Shown one piece after another: positions 46,201 to 60,600 of a DNA stretch of 64,000 nt. Numbering within the stretch: the stretch's first letter is position 1; each line of letters opens with the position of its first letter. The DNA lies in the NCBI GenBank assembly GCA_963924565.1, contig OZ004615.1, positions 18,662,001 to 18,726,000 on the forward strand, in the 5' to 3' direction. The notes beneath the pieces are model-generated. The model did no database searches. It worked only from the letters and a program-made list of their open reading frames with translations, and was not told where the DNA came from. This DNA comes from Ascidiella aspersa. Its lineage: Eukaryota. A program made the translations under genes and the position numbers.

Positions 46201-47828
46201 TAGGGGAAGGCGGGAAAAACTGTCCCCTTTATCTTCTGAGTTTTGTAAAAAAAATGTTGATGGGCAGGGTAGCAACCGAAAGGTCGTACTGTAATTTACT
46301 TCTATGCTACAAAGAACACTAAAAGAAGCATAGCTTCAGACTAAACTGACCTTTTTAGCAGGGAGTCGAACCGTTTGACTTTTCAGGTTCGGTTCGGGTT
46401 CAAGGATTTTTTTCGGAATCCGGTTCAGTTCCGGTTTCGGTTCGGAGGAATTTAAAAGTTCCGGTTCAGCTCCGGTTCAACCATCGTTATTTCAAAACCG
46501 GTTCATAAAGTTCCGGTTCAGATAAAATATAATTTGCGTTAAATCTCAAAATGTGGGTCGATAAATGTAGAGAATAATCTTTGAATTGTAAGTCATTTAA
46601 TCTAAGTTACGTGACTGATTAAAAAAACAGCAACTCAATAATTAAAAGATCTAAAAAATAAAAAATAAACGATTTTTTCATTCAATATTCATATTTTTTT
46701 CATAAAATTTCGAGCATGGCGTAACTTGACTCTGTAAAATAGAAGTTATGACGTCATGCATGAGCGAACCGCTTTTATTTACAGATTCGGGTTCGATTAA
46801 GGTTCAGGTACTTTTAAATTATTCGGTTCAGTTCCGGTTCGGCTCCTTAAAATCTTATAAAAACCGGTTCAGGTTCGGTTACGGTTCGCAAAAAAATAAC
46901 CTAAAACCGATTCATAAAGTTCCGGTTCGACTCCCTGCTTTTTAGTCGATTTTTACTCGGGACAAAATGGACAAAAATATTAATTGCGAAATAGACAAAA
47001 AATAAATAATTGGTTTGTTGCGTGGAAATGTCGGATTAAGGATTTTTGTTTAAGTGACACATTTTTTAAAGATATTGTCACACGTGGCGTCACAACGTGA
47101 AGTCATAATTCAAGTAATGGTACGTATGGCGCCTTATAGCCTAAAAATATTTTATTAAAGTAGGATAGAAAAACCAAAATGCGTAAGTAGCATTGCATTA
47201 ATGTATAAGTTAAATGATTGTGAATAGGATGTACAATACGTAAACTGCCTTATTTTACTCTTATGCTACACCAACTTATTAGTATTAAAACAAATATCAA
47301 TCGATCGTTTATACGGGACATTTTGTTAAAATTTCTGATTGTCTAACCTTCTGCAAAACTGATCTAAACATAAAATTATAAAATATTAAGTAATTTTATT
47401 TCAGTATGAAAAACGCCTTACTGAGAGGCCAATGGAAAAACAGTAAAGTTATAACAGACTACCTTGGGTCCGTTTTGCCCCAAAACTATGTATCGCATAA
47501 ACCCCTAATTTCCTTAAAATCTCTAACATTAAAAAGTACGACTGTTTGGAATTAATAAACAGGTCCTTGTCTACAAATTATTTAGCAAAACAGTAACTCC
47601 GCTTTTACTTGAACTTTAGTAGCCAACACATAATTTTACTGTCTTATCCTTATATCAAAATCTCACGAACACATTTCCTTCCCTCCCTAGTTTGTGCAAA
47701 TCAAATCTGACTGATTTTGGGCCAAAAACGTGATTTAGACGTTAGTCACTGTTCACCTAACCAATATAACACTGGCAATTTTCGTTATCGAGAAAAGTGA
47801 GGGGTCCGTTTTGCCCTGCTTTCCCCTT
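46201..47828. mobile_element. Older TIR element hosting the 46359-46937 MITE
   Basis: Imperfect ~26-bp inverted ends ggggaaggcgggaaaaactgtcccc / ggggtccgttttgccctgctttcccc; internal copy of the end motif near 47466. Confidence 0.55.
46359..46937. mobile_element. hAT (Ac-type TSD) MITE with ggttc subterminal repeats
   Basis: TIR cagggagtcgaacc; perfect TSD ctttttag. Confidence 0.9.
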
Positions 47829-50225
47829 CTTTAAATCATTTCCATTGTACTTTTCAGTTTGACTAGTTTTGCTTATTTGACCGAAGTAATGACATCATTT
47901 GGTATTTGCTTAAAATATAAAAAATGTCATCATGCGCAACATAATCATATAAGTGTTTGTTTATGCAATGAAAACATCACTAAGAAAAAAGATTCTGGAA
48001 TAACACCAAGGCCCTTGGTCCAAGGGGCATTTTTGAATAAAAGGTGTCCAACCATAAAATATATCTTTACAATAGCTTCTTCTTGCCTTGACTAAATATA
48101 TAGACCGCGTAAGACATATGCAAAACTCCTTTCTGTAATTTACCACGAATGTACTGTTCTGATTTTAGAAACTGAAACTTGTTAAACGAAAATTAATTAA
48201 TAGGCATCTATCAGTCAGGGGAGTCATGGCCCCTAAACTGTATAGGTCCGTTTTAATGATAAAAATGCAAACTTTTTTGGCTTTTCGCGCGAATTCGATT
48301 AAAGTTTATGGTATGTCTTAGCACACAAGTTCTCAACCCGGGGAATTCCATATTAGAGGCGAAATCTGAGTTAAAGGGGGTATTTAATATTTATGAAAAC
48401 ATTCAGGGTTGACTGATTTTTTTTTATTATCAGTGTGTGTAAAACTATTTTGGCCAAATATATTTCAAAATCAATATATTTTTTTGAACAAGCACACCCG
48501 TGCGTTTTCAGGCACGTGTCGTTTCGTTCGACCTACCTTTTATGCCATCTTCAAGTCGGCTCTTTAGGTAGGGGCACAAAAACGCATTTTCCAGCCTTTC
48601 CAAGACTGAACTGTGTGGTATTATAGTTACTTCTATGACGTCTCGTTTAAATGTAACTGTGTGACGTCACGTATAAATGTAACTGGGTGAGGTACTTTCG
48701 TGACGTCATCTATGGAAAAACACAAACCGACGACACGGGCGTGTCTATAACACCAGCGTTGTATTTGTACGATAAATAAAACGAAGTGCATATAAATAAA
48801 CTGTATAATTTTTTTACAAAACGATTTCGAATACAATCACCATCACGCAAGCAACCCTATAAGTTTTGCTGCAAATTCCCCTGTGTAGAGAAATTCCTTT
48901 GCGCTTTGAAAACATTCCAGTTTTTTCGAAAGAACAATTCAATTGACAAAAGTCGCGACATAAAGCGTGTTTGCATTACTACCTAAAAAAACACAAAGCG
49001 CATTTGTAAATATTAAACCTCGGTAACTTACCAAGGATGCTTTAATATCAAAGGACTACACGGTACAAAACGGGTGCTTTCAATCTTTTCGACAAATGAC
49101 CATATGGTAAAATGGACAATATTGTATATCAGTGTAATACACTGTTTCTCAACCAGGGTCGCCCAAAAATTCGGTCGCAGCTTGATTTGGTTGGGTCTCC
49201 GACTGCAGTAATTTTTTATGGGTATATTTACTAAGATTGATTTTAAGCAAAATTTATCCAATATGTAGGAAAATTACTTAAGAAAAACGAAGACATGACT
49301 CATAATTACACATTTCGAGGTTGAAATATGCTAATGGCCAAGTTTAATTTGCTTATAAAAAGTTTAATGAAGAGAATTGGGTCGCTAAACGTTATCTGTT
49401 ATACATACGCTTAGCACTTTGGTAGAAGCGAAATAAGGTTGAAAAACGCTCAAGTATAGTGTAACCATGATATCGACATTGAACAATTAAGAGTGTTGCA
49501 AAAAACGGTCATGAAACGGATACACGGATAACAATGTTGTTTATGTTATTTTATTATGTGGCGGTCCAGAATTTTTTTAGAGATTTAAAAAGTATGGGGT
49601 CTGTATAATGAGCTAAAAAGTACCCATTGCGACAATAAAGGCTGCGGCCACTACTAAGAAATGTATTTTGCTTACAGGGGTTCCTCAATTACAAAGCAAA
49701 TACCAGGCAAGCAATAAAATGATCTGTATTATGTTGTTTTTAACCGTAGCAGCAAAAACATCTAAATCGTAGGTTAAACAATAGGTTGGTTTGGCTCGCC
49801 AGTTTTTGTTACCACTAGACTGCCAAAATTATAAATTTACAGGTTCTGAATCTGTGTTTAGTCGAATAAAAACAAGCAAAACAGGCGTATGCCACAGTAT
49901 ATGCAAGTTCTTGTCTATGTGAATTGTGAACTGGCGAACATCTTAGCAAAGGCAAATTATACGATTATACGAAAATATCGTAACGCAAGGCTTTCGGGAT
50001 GTTATTATCAAATAGAAACGAATCTGAGCGAATTTTTAAATGCGATTCGTCAAAATACGTTAGAAAGGGTTTGCCGACGTAATAATTCGATTTCCAGGTA
50101 TATTATTATAATTTATTGGCGAGAAAATCCCGTTTCGGTGTCGCACGGAAGAACTGGGTAGCCAATATTGCTGCGCGCATGCGTGTGTGTGTGTAAGCGG
50201 ACGGAGCGGGGTCGGGATTCGACCA

Positions 50226-53200
50226 TCACACGCGGAACTTGTAGAAGTAGAGCAGGCCTCGCGTGATGTTCCAGCGAAAGATTAGGGTTAAAAAGTAGAC
50301 GATGCAGAGCAGCAGCAACGGAGAGAGAAGAGCAACTGACTTCTTCACGAATGGCAAAACTGCGTATTAAGAATTGAGTTAGTTGGGCATTGACAGCTAG
50401 GCTAGTAATTCGTAAAACTTTTCTTTGTCGTTACCCCTTATAGCAGTGGTTCTCAACCGGGGTGCCGCAGCACCCTGGGGTGCCCTTTCTAATCCTCGAA
50501 GGTGCCGCGGCATATTTGGGAATGTTAAGGACCTGATTTTTGCTTAACTCCTATAACTTTTTGTGCAAGGAAAGGTGGGAATAAATCTAATTATAGTTTC
50601 CTACGTTGTGTAGGGTTGATGTGTGTTGCTTCAGTTCCGCTAATTGTGACATTCTAGTAAATTATCTACGGAAAAATCTTATGCCGCAATCTATTTTTGT
50701 GAGAGGTGCCGCTAGCCATAAAAGGCTGAGAAACACTGCCTTATAGCTATACGGATTTGAAGCACAGCAATGAACTATAAGATTGACATCATCACTTGCA
50801 TTTACTTTAAAAAAGTGAAACAAACGCAAAGACAGACAAGAGGTAATTTCAAACCCTTACTTCTTGGTGGGTAATTAATAATTCCCAAAAATTTAAATTC
50901 CACTGGTTTAGAGAAATGGTGGCTTCATCTTACTTTTTTTTCGTTTTTTTAGAAATATATCTCTTATGAAGAAAAGCATAAAGAGACAAAGGTCTGTTGA
51001 GTCACAACGAACCTCCTGTAAGTGTGCTATTAAAAATATTTTATTGGTTGTGTTTGACTTACCGCTGTATCCCAGAAATGTTATGTAGATGTAATATCCG
51101 ATGGCCACCAACCAGAATGTGTTGCCAAGAAGCGTTGGAAAAAAGCCATCCTTGTCAATTAAACCTAAGATATAAGACAGGTCGCTTGTCTGACAAGTTA
51201 AAATAGCATGAATCCAACTACAATTGTAAAAAACAGTTGCGACATAGTTTTCAGAGGGACAAGTAAAAAATATATTTTAAGAAGAGAAAAAAATCATTAT
51301 ACAACGAGTTTTGCAAAGGGAAGCTTTGGGACCAAGGTTACTCACCATTTATGAAAACAAGCTGCAGGCAATGTAGGATCATAAGTACAGGAAAGAAGGC
51401 ATTTAAGTGTACATCGAAGGAGTACGCCCATTCCACATCTTGTCCTACCCTTGACACCATCAGCATGTATCGGTTGCTGACAAACCTTAAAACAAGTTGG
51501 TAACATAAAATATGAAATATTGAAAAGGAACCTGTGTCTTTATTTTTAAATCCAAAACACTAATGACACAAAGCAGGTGTATTAAAACGTGGATGATTCA
51601 AATACACCTTCTAAAAAATTCACACATAGTACTCGAAAACAGGTCTGCAACTTTAGTGCTAACTCTAAACCTTAATATCATGCAGAGAGAGCCAGCCAAG
51701 ATTAAGTGAAGACTGTCAGCAAAAAGCTTTTGTATCGTCTATATTTATAATTCTTCTTGTGACATTTAAACAATTAATTATTTAAAAGTATTTTTCTTAC
51801 CACATGATTGTTGCAATAACGATGCCAACTGCGATGCAATCAATGAACACAACCCAGAGAAGGAGTTTAGTGATCTTTATAACATGGAGGCCCATCACAA
51901 CGCCGAAACCAATGGAAGTAACTAAACAACACACAGAAACCATTTTTTAAACATAGAAACCTACATACATTGATACTTTGTTTAATTTTACAAAGTTTAT
52001 TTTTAATTGCTACCTAACAGTGATACATAAATCCTAAAAAAATATATTTTAACTTACTTCTAGTTTATTATAAACGGTCACATACCACAAAAGCAAAGAC
52101 TGAGTAAGACCAAGAATGCTGGATCATCTCTCGCAAACTGGTTCTTTGTTTCTAAAAAATCAAGCAGATTTCTTAACCAGAGAAATATAATAGAATAATA
52201 CACTCACAATGACTTTGACCACAGTTCTGTTTTGTGCAACCATATACATACACAACTTTGTATGACCAAATGGTTAATATTTACAGTTGCTTTGAAACAT
52301 TTTATATATGGCATACAAATTGTGCATTTTAGTTGATTTCACTTTAAATTAAGGTAACTTCAAGATATTATGAAAACCATTAGCTATGAACACATTAGTT
52401 TAACAGCCAGTCTGGCTAGAAATAAATTACTGTTTTGTAAGGAAACTCACGTTTTCTGTATTGGAAATTCCTGTACCTGTGAAAACAATTAAAACAACAA
52501 AATAAACAAGGTTATCCCAGCTAAATGTTTTAAAACAATGGCAAAGCTGAAAACAAAAATTAGTCCACAACCACAACTCACTAGTTTAAATGTCCACCAA
52601 GAACCAATTGAAATGTAACTTTATTTTTGTTGGTGTACACATGAAACAAAGAAAGGCTACTCACACTTTCTGAGGTGATACAAACAGGTGCATCATTTGC
52701 CAAAGTGCAAACTCAAAATCCATTTGTCGAAATTTGAGAAGACGACGAAGGTATTTTCTACTCTTGTCACTTGCGGAACTGCTGTATGTAAAAAGTTAAA
52801 ACACACATAAGCACATTATACAACATTAGATACTTTTAGGTGTTCCTTTAATAATTAAAAGAGTCTGTTTTCATTGGCAAACGAAGTATCAAATTCAAAT
52901 TCAGCACAACAATAAATCTGGACTCACATATACATACATGATGCATACAACACTATAAACTTGTAATTAAGCGATTGCATGCATTAAGTTAAAAAACACT
53001 GTAAATTTGGTGGCCTTGTTCATAAACCAGTCTGGAAAGCAGGGTAGATTGTGAAACGATTTCTCAGTTGCGCAGCCGACATAATCAAGTTGAAGGGGTT
53101 GACAAAAAAACGATTTTCAGGACTTTGAACGGCTTCAAAAATTTTAGGAAGTTAGCAAAATCGCAAAATCAGAAGACAATGGAACGCAATACGCAAAATT

Positions 53201-53881
53201 TCTGGCGACTTTCATTATAATATGTTCCTTTTTACTATTGGCTGCCTGGGATATTTGTTGATGTTGTCCATTGTCGGATTGACATATGGTGTGCGGTCAA
53301 ATTGTTTTGAATCTGTTGGTGTGACGAAAATTGAAAAAGGTTGCTGAGTATACTGGTGTAGAATCCTACTACATTTTCGTCCAGGCGTATATATTGCTAA
53401 CATTATTTTTGTCAGGGTGCGAGTTAGCGCTTGGGTTTCGGTGAGTCAAGTAGTATTTGTTATACTTATTTCTTCCTTGCAATTTCAATTCTGAAAACTC
53501 GTTTCAATACTGTAAAAAAGTGGTAGGATTGTAGTAGCACCAAAAAGTAATGCATCAACTTGCCATAATTTCCACAATGCTTACACTTACAAAGGCAAAA
53601 AACAAACTAAAAATAAACTCCAAACCAAAAACACCACGTAAACTTTACAATACCTTTCGTGATACCACCCGAGCCTGAATAAAACAGTTCCTAAAATTAG
53701 CTTATGTTGATAATTAATTGGAATAGGATTAACAATAAAAGATATACCACCATTTTGATTTTCCTGCGTGGTCACCGACGTTATAGGCGAAATCATTGCT
53801 TCTAGTACTCCGTGCAGAACGAGTTGAAGTCGCGTACGAGTACACTGAACTCGGAGGAGACGAGTATGAAACAGTCGACAT
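50226..53881 (-). CDS. UNC50: UNC-50 homolog (multi-pass Golgi/inner nuclear membrane protein), about 286 aa
   Basis: Exons (minus): 53748-53881, 53654-53674, 52665-52781, 52451-52476, 52086-52151, 51801-51921, 51346-51485, 51063-51164, 50226-50359; phases consistent; KYLRRLLKFRQMDFEFALWQM, QFARDDPAFLVLL, DVEWAYSFDVHLNAF, YYIYITFLGYS, FYKFRV*. The first two exons are less certain. Confidence 0.92.
50444..50738. mobile_element. hAT MITE in the last UNC50 intron
   Basis: TIR cagtggttctca / tgagaaacactg; perfect TSD ccttatag. Confidence 0.88.
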
Positions 53882-54671
53882 CAGAAATGTCAAACTTTCG
53901 CAGCTTTGTTGAGCAATCTTTAATGGGAATAAATGTGCCTAATTTCTAAGAAACCCGTTAAAAAAACAAAACAGTAACAAAGATTATGATACTACGTAAA
54001 CGTATTGCGCCTACGCAAAAAAATTGTTTCTAGCTTTCTTTGTTATTTAATGAAACGAAAATTCCCTTTCTAAGCAAACTTGTTTTTACTTCACCAAACC
54101 CAAACGCCAAGATTTAAAGAACTTTTGTTTCGAGCGATTGGTCAAGCGTGAAAAAGATTTAAACTAAAACTTAGTTATTTTCCAAATGTATTGCAAAAAC
54201 TAGAAAACTGTTTTATGTTGTATTCGTAATAAACGCTAAAAGTGAATCAATATTTTGGAGAAAAATAGACAAATCTTATATTAGCGCCCTAGTTTCCATA
54301 CGTAACATGATATACGTTTTAGAAAAAGACGTCATATCGTAATCAAATTTTCCGGGTCGGTTGGGTGCAATTTAACTAAAAACTGTCACAAGTTAAATTA
54401 CCACAATGTTGACATTTTTTCCACAAATTTAACTAATAAAAGCTAAGAAATCCAACACTACGTTTAGCACTCTAGCCTAAAAATTTACTTATTGGGCTAC
54501 GCAAAAGTGCCAGAATAGACCAGTAAACAAAACCAATTGTTTCTTCTTCCGCTGTTCACATGTATCTGTTTTCCTTAACTCAACTAAAATTAATTAGTAG
54601 ATCATGGTAAATCAAGAAAAAAAATGCCTCAGCCTAAAATTAAGGAAAGTACACAAATTTGCGGTAAAATT

Positions 54672-57600
54672 TTATTGGTTGTCGCTTTCAATCAGATTAG
54701 AAAAGGAATACACGCGTACACTGCCGTCCATTGATGCCGTAGTAAGCCATTTGTCGTCTCTAAACAAAAGTAAACAGACATTAACTTAAGGTATACAAAC
54801 AAGAAAGACCTTAGTTTTTCAGAAATTGAGTTCACAGTAGTAAAATTGGAAATTGACAATAAAGTACAATTTTGAAGAGTCTTGGTTAGAAAGACGATTG
54901 GTCCCCTCAAATAGGAAACCTTAAATTATAAGTAAAATGTTGTATTACAACACAATTATTACAGAAATGCTCTAGCCGCTTCCAATCAACAAAAAATTGT
55001 ACCGTGACACCAAAATATCAGGACAGAGATTCAGTGGCTTATCCAGGGGAGGGGGGTTGGGGGTTCGGACCCCCGTCCCCCTTTTCGTAAGTGACAATAC
55101 CTTTTTTGTTCGTTTTTCTCAGGGTTTAACTCACCGTCCGAAGCTGCGTGTTTTTTTAATGTAATTGGGTCACGCGTCTTAAGCTAATGCAAATCCAAAA
55201 TCAAACGCAAAACGCCGTTTTTCGTTTCTTGTTTGGTCGACCATAAGGGATATTTGTTCTCTTTCGCCTTTCGTTATTCGTTCGGGTTGGCTTATCAGCA
55301 AGTGTGTGTTCGACAATTAATAACAACAAATCAAGCGGTCTCCGCGTTTTTCTCGTTGAAAACGTCGAGTTAGACGGTGCTGATGCTTCTCGCTGTTTGT
55401 TATCTGCGTTAATATCAGATGTTGGTGTAAGACTGGGGTCGGCAACCTAGAGTAATCCATCGGGTCGGCCGCCTCTCTGACAAACTATACACGAGGCCAT
55501 TTTAAATACTTATTGACTATTTTAACTACGTAAGCGCGAAAATTTTTTTAATGATCTTTCTACGTCCGCTTTGTTTACGTTTTAATGCTGTATTTTGAAA
55601 TAGATCTTCTTTACCGTTGCGCCGTGGAAGGCTGCCAATGTGGCGCGTACAAATTGAATTTTAAACCAAATAAACGCTTTTTTCGCGCTTTGCTCTAACT
55701 TTTCCCTGCCTCCTTTTACGTAATTAATCACAATTCTTAGTTAACATTTTGTGCGGCCCGCAAATATTTTTCTGAGTTTGGTTTTGGCGCGCGACTAGAA
55801 AAAAGTTGCCGACCCCTGGTGTGAGACGTGCTTGTATTTTAGCTGACTTGGCACACAGCTCGGCTCAGATGTTGCGCTAATCGAATAACTCCCGGGGAAA
55901 ACGATCTTCGTTTAGTATTGCAGGTGACGAAAGACGTGCTTGTAATTTAGAGTTGTTCCGTACATGGATCTAGCAAAATCAATCAGATATATTTCACGGT
56001 TTTGTTTTCGGCAGGATTGTTAACAACGCACGTGTTCGCTTTGCGTCTAAAGGTTCGCTTTTGCTGGACGTTTATTGGCTGTTTCTGATGATTTTTTATT
56101 ATTTATGACGTTATTGCAATCGCTATTTTATGACGTCATATCAGTCACTATTTTATGACGTCATTAACGTCAGACGGAAAATCAGGGAATTCCCCAGGTT
56201 AAAAACCCTACGTTGAAAATTCGGGACCCCCCCCTTTTGGGATTTCTGGATACGCCCCTGCAGAGATTAATCATTAATCAACCACCCACTTTGAAAGAGC
56301 AAGGTCGACAACTTGGTCCGTGTGTCCGACGCAGGTTCCCAGAAGGCTACCCGACCTCGCGTCCCAAATCCTGGAGATTCCGTCCAAGCAAGCGCTAACC
56401 AACTTGGTTTCGTCCGAGTTCCAACAAACCCTAACCACGCCGTCCTGAAAAAGTTAAACAAGCAAAAACATAAAAAACAATGGTGAATCTTATTGTCCAG
56501 CATATAGGGTAATAGAAACAAAAAATACGGGTTACTGAATAAAATAGCATTGAAAAGATTTCCGCCATCAAAACATTTTCTTGGTTAAAAAGTTTGTTCA
56601 GAGATATAACCAGGGTTGCCATGCCGTGCTTATTTCTTTGAGGTGTGCGGTTAGTTTGTCTTATTTTAGAATTTATTAGGCCGCACTATCGTTTTTGTTG
56701 AATGGTTTCTAATATCGATAATCAACTTTATAAAGTTCGACAAAAAATATTATACCTGGCCCGCAATCATAAATTATAACAGTTATCCGGCCCCGATGGT
56801 CAGACCTTACAATTATCTGGCCTTTCACGAAAGAAGTTTGGTGAACCCAGGCCGAGGGCGTCACGTCTTCTTTTAAAGTAGAAGTTTTGCCAAATAAATG
56901 TTTTTTTCGCACTACGAGTGCATTTGGTGCATTTGGCGAACACACAGATGTTTTTAGGAATATTTGTATTTGGATGCCCTCCAAAATACAATCCTGAATC
57001 TGGCCCGAGTTATCAGTATACCGTGCTTATTGTTTCGTAGTTGCGTGTTTATTTTTTGGTCATAGCAGATGGTAAACCTGAATATAACGTTTGACGTTTG
57101 TCCGTTCGCCAAAAATAGTTAATGTCATAACTTTAGTAACGGTCAGCACTGGGTATTATCAATTTCCAACAAAACTTTAAACCGCTGGAATTAATTTATG
57201 TCGAATAACAGGTTCGGGATAATTTCGTATTATGCAGCCCATTTGGTACAATTGATAGGCTGAGACAGAAACAAAAAATGGAGAACTCACAGGATGCTGA
57301 AACTTGTGTCGCGTTTGACTGGAGCGGACATCGAACAAATAAACCACGTTGTTTAATGAGGCGATGGCGAGCAACTGGAATCTGACATGAAAATGGTGGC
57401 GGTAAAAGTGCGCTTTAGAATGTAAAAGTAATCCTTTATGACATGAAAGCTTGAATTGCTACTTGTTTAAAGCCAAACAGTTTACCCAATAAAACAGAAC
57501 GGCTTTTCAATACAAATAATTATGCACGTCAGAATGGTGCGTTGTGTACTCTCACAGGCCTCTTCTGAGGTAAAAAACCTTAAACAAATTGCGTTTTTTG

Positions 57601-60600
57601 TCCTTAAGGATCAAATTTGGTACATATTTAGGAAACTTATAATTACTTTAGGCACAGAGGTCGAAGCAAAGTAAAACGAAATCAGTTGGTCACAATTACC
57701 TTTGTGAAAACGCTACGTTTTCAACACTGTTGTCGCCTTCGTTTGCCTTGTCGCACTTGTGTGTAAATGACACCTGCGTGAAATCAAAACTGCTAAAAAA
57801 GACACAACTTTATAACATTATTTTTTCGATATACACATGGAGTCGGATATTTAGCGGAAAAATACCACCTTAACTAGTGGTAGTAAGATAGTATAGTTTG
57901 TTTTCCCTATTATTGGTTGTTTCATACAAAGCAGCAAGTCAGCTGTAGGCCTATATAGCTCAACCAAACAGCAAAATATTTGCCAACAAAGTTTTGCTGT
58001 AATTGTTGCAATTGCAATTTTAAACGATCGAAAACAAAGTTAGATTTAAAAAAAATAAATTAAAAAATAGCTAATAGGGTGTACGATAACACTGTCCCAA
58101 GCTGGTTGGTACCTTCCAAGTGGAGGGATTCAAAATCTTCGCAGTTCCGTCGATCGACCCGGTAAAAACAAACTGCCCGTTTTTGTCGCACTCCAGTTGA
58201 TTGACAGGTCCCCTGTGTAGGTCTCGACCTGAAATTGAACAAAACACAGGTTATTTGATCACGATTTACACAGAAGCAGGATTTCAATGTTGGTGGGAAC
58301 GCCATCGAACCGTGCGACTCGATATTCTAGCAAGCAGTTCGAATTGTTTTTATTTTAAAAAATGCAACCGTTTAAAAGTACAGGAAACGAATACTCGACA
58401 GACTCGTTTACGTTTCTGCTTACGAAATACTGTGCGACGTGTGTGTTTAGAGGTACAGCAACATTGAAATCAAGTTTTCTAAAACGATAATACAGGCAAA
58501 TATAAAATGCATACAGGTACTCTGGGAGTCTGGATCATGATGTTATGCGTTCCGATAACACTGTATCCAGGTTTTGGATAAAACGGAGAACTTTTGACCA
58601 GATATGTGGCAGGTAGTCTTATTTAAAACTGCCACGTATGCTTTGCATGAAGATGTCATATGGACGTAGTACAATTACAGGGCTGTGTTGCAGCCACAGA
58701 CACCCTCAACTTTACCAAATCACACACACTTTCTCTATTGCAAAACACCTTTGGTCAGGGCTTGCAGGCACTTTTCGGTTTTGAGGTTGTAAAGACGCAG
58801 GGACCCGTCGTTGTATCCCAACGCGGCCGTCTTTCCGTCAGCCAGGATCCTTCCGCAAGTACACGCGCACCCCGGGCTCTGCGCAAAACACGGATCGTTA
58901 CCGAGTCCGCAAATTATGGATAACAGCTCAGATGGTTTTGTAGCCTTTGGCTGTTTTTCACCACTGAACCAGAGAAGAAAACTGCCATATGGGTACTGCA
59001 CAAATGTTTCTGTACAGAATCTGAGACAGGATATTTCACTACACTTTTTGATGGCAAACTTTTTTCCAAAAAAACGGGCATCGCGGTAAAATTCTACACG
59101 TATGTGTTTATATTTTATTTCTAATAAAAGCCAGAAACGCCAAACAAACTTACCGAAAAAAACTTGCTCTCGCCTGAAGGAACTTTCCACAACCAGGCAT
59201 TACCGTCCTGGGCTCCCGCCATCAATATCGTTGCAACTGGATGCCACTGCAACCACTACAGGAAAAATACCAAATAGAAGAGAAATGTCAGTATTTAGAG
59301 CAAAAAATGCACATAAGCAACAGAATAATGTTTGTCTCTTTTTGACTGAGCAAAATAATTGTAAACAACTTCAAGAGACACTATAAACAACCATAGAAGT
59401 TTTACAATCGTATGATTAAAAAAATATGCGATAATGTTTATCGCTGCTTTTATTTTCAACAAAGAATAAAACCAAAACCTCTACCACAAATCACCACAAT
59501 CCCCCAGATGAGAACCCTGGAGTTTGATTATTTAACTCACATGCATAAAAAGACTAGCTTTTTAATATGTGCGGGTCAAATTAAAAGAAGGTACATGCCG
59601 CTGTGGCACATTATTAACGCACCTCCAGATCTGACGTTTCGAACTGGCAAACTTCTTGTTTTGATTCCATGTTCCAGACTTTTATCAGGCCGGACATGTC
59701 GCCAGTAGCAACATACGCAGAGTCAGCGCTAAATCCAGCACAAGTAACACTATCTTTGTGGCCTGCCAAAAAAACAATCAACTTGCTTACAAAAGTAATA
59801 TAGTGAAAGTGTGAAACCATTTTTTCTGCTGCTATATTGCACTTGACAACAAACAACATAAAAAGTATGTTTTTCAAAAACAGACGGTTGCCCTTTAACA
59901 GAAAGATTACGCCGACGACAAGTTCTAAAATTTGACCAAGTTTAAGAAATGTACCACTTTAAACAAAAATCACACCTTGTTGATTAATTTTAAAGCAGTG
60001 TCGTTATCATGCTGTTTGCTTTAATATAACTAAAATACATTTTAGATTTTAAATGTATATATACAATTCTATTCCAAACTTTCTAGTATTACATGTAAAA
60101 AGAAATAGATCATGATGCTTAACCTTCTTCTTTTTTCAGTATCTTCTAACGAGAACACTAAATCACAATGGTGTTGCAGTGTTATTACCTGTACATTCAA
60201 TCAAGATGTCACCAGTCTCGATGTCCCACACAAATCCGATGTCATCCTCACCTCCGCTCACAACATACTTTCCAAACTTTGGGTCGATGGACACAACAAA
60301 TACTGGACCTATTAAAAAAAACAGATTAACACAACCTAACCAAATCAAGCTTTTCAAATATGGTATTATTTTAGAGTTAAGCCAAACCTCTTTGGTAAAA
60401 GGTTTTACCACAGAAAGACTTATGGTGAATGATGTATGTTAAGAGATTTAAAAAAATCATTAAATAGAAGTTTTATAAAGGCCAGCCAAATATGGTTGTC
60501 AGGGGACTGTTAGGCATGAATACGGTATTATTTTAGAGTTAAGCCAAAATTATTTGGGAAAAGGTTTTACCACAGATTGATGAATGATGTATGTTAAGAG

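Noticed and set aside
53222-53347. Plus-strand 41-aa signal-peptide-like ORF in a UNC50 intron
   Set aside because: T-rich DNA readily gives hydrophobic ORFs; no homology or coherent gene model.
53587-53796. ORF MISPITSVTT... as the UNC50 start
   Set aside because: The frame from ATG 53881 fits the gtatat donor and the strong ttattcag acceptor in phase 2; this ORF needs intron read-through or a weak acceptor. Not fully excluded.
53787-53912. Plus-strand ITAM-like peptide YTELGGDEYETV
   Set aside because: It is the antisense of UNC50 exon 1.
59154-59175. Possible GC-AG intron in AAMP
   Set aside because: The frame continues (GESKFFS) to a canonical gtaagt donor at 59153.
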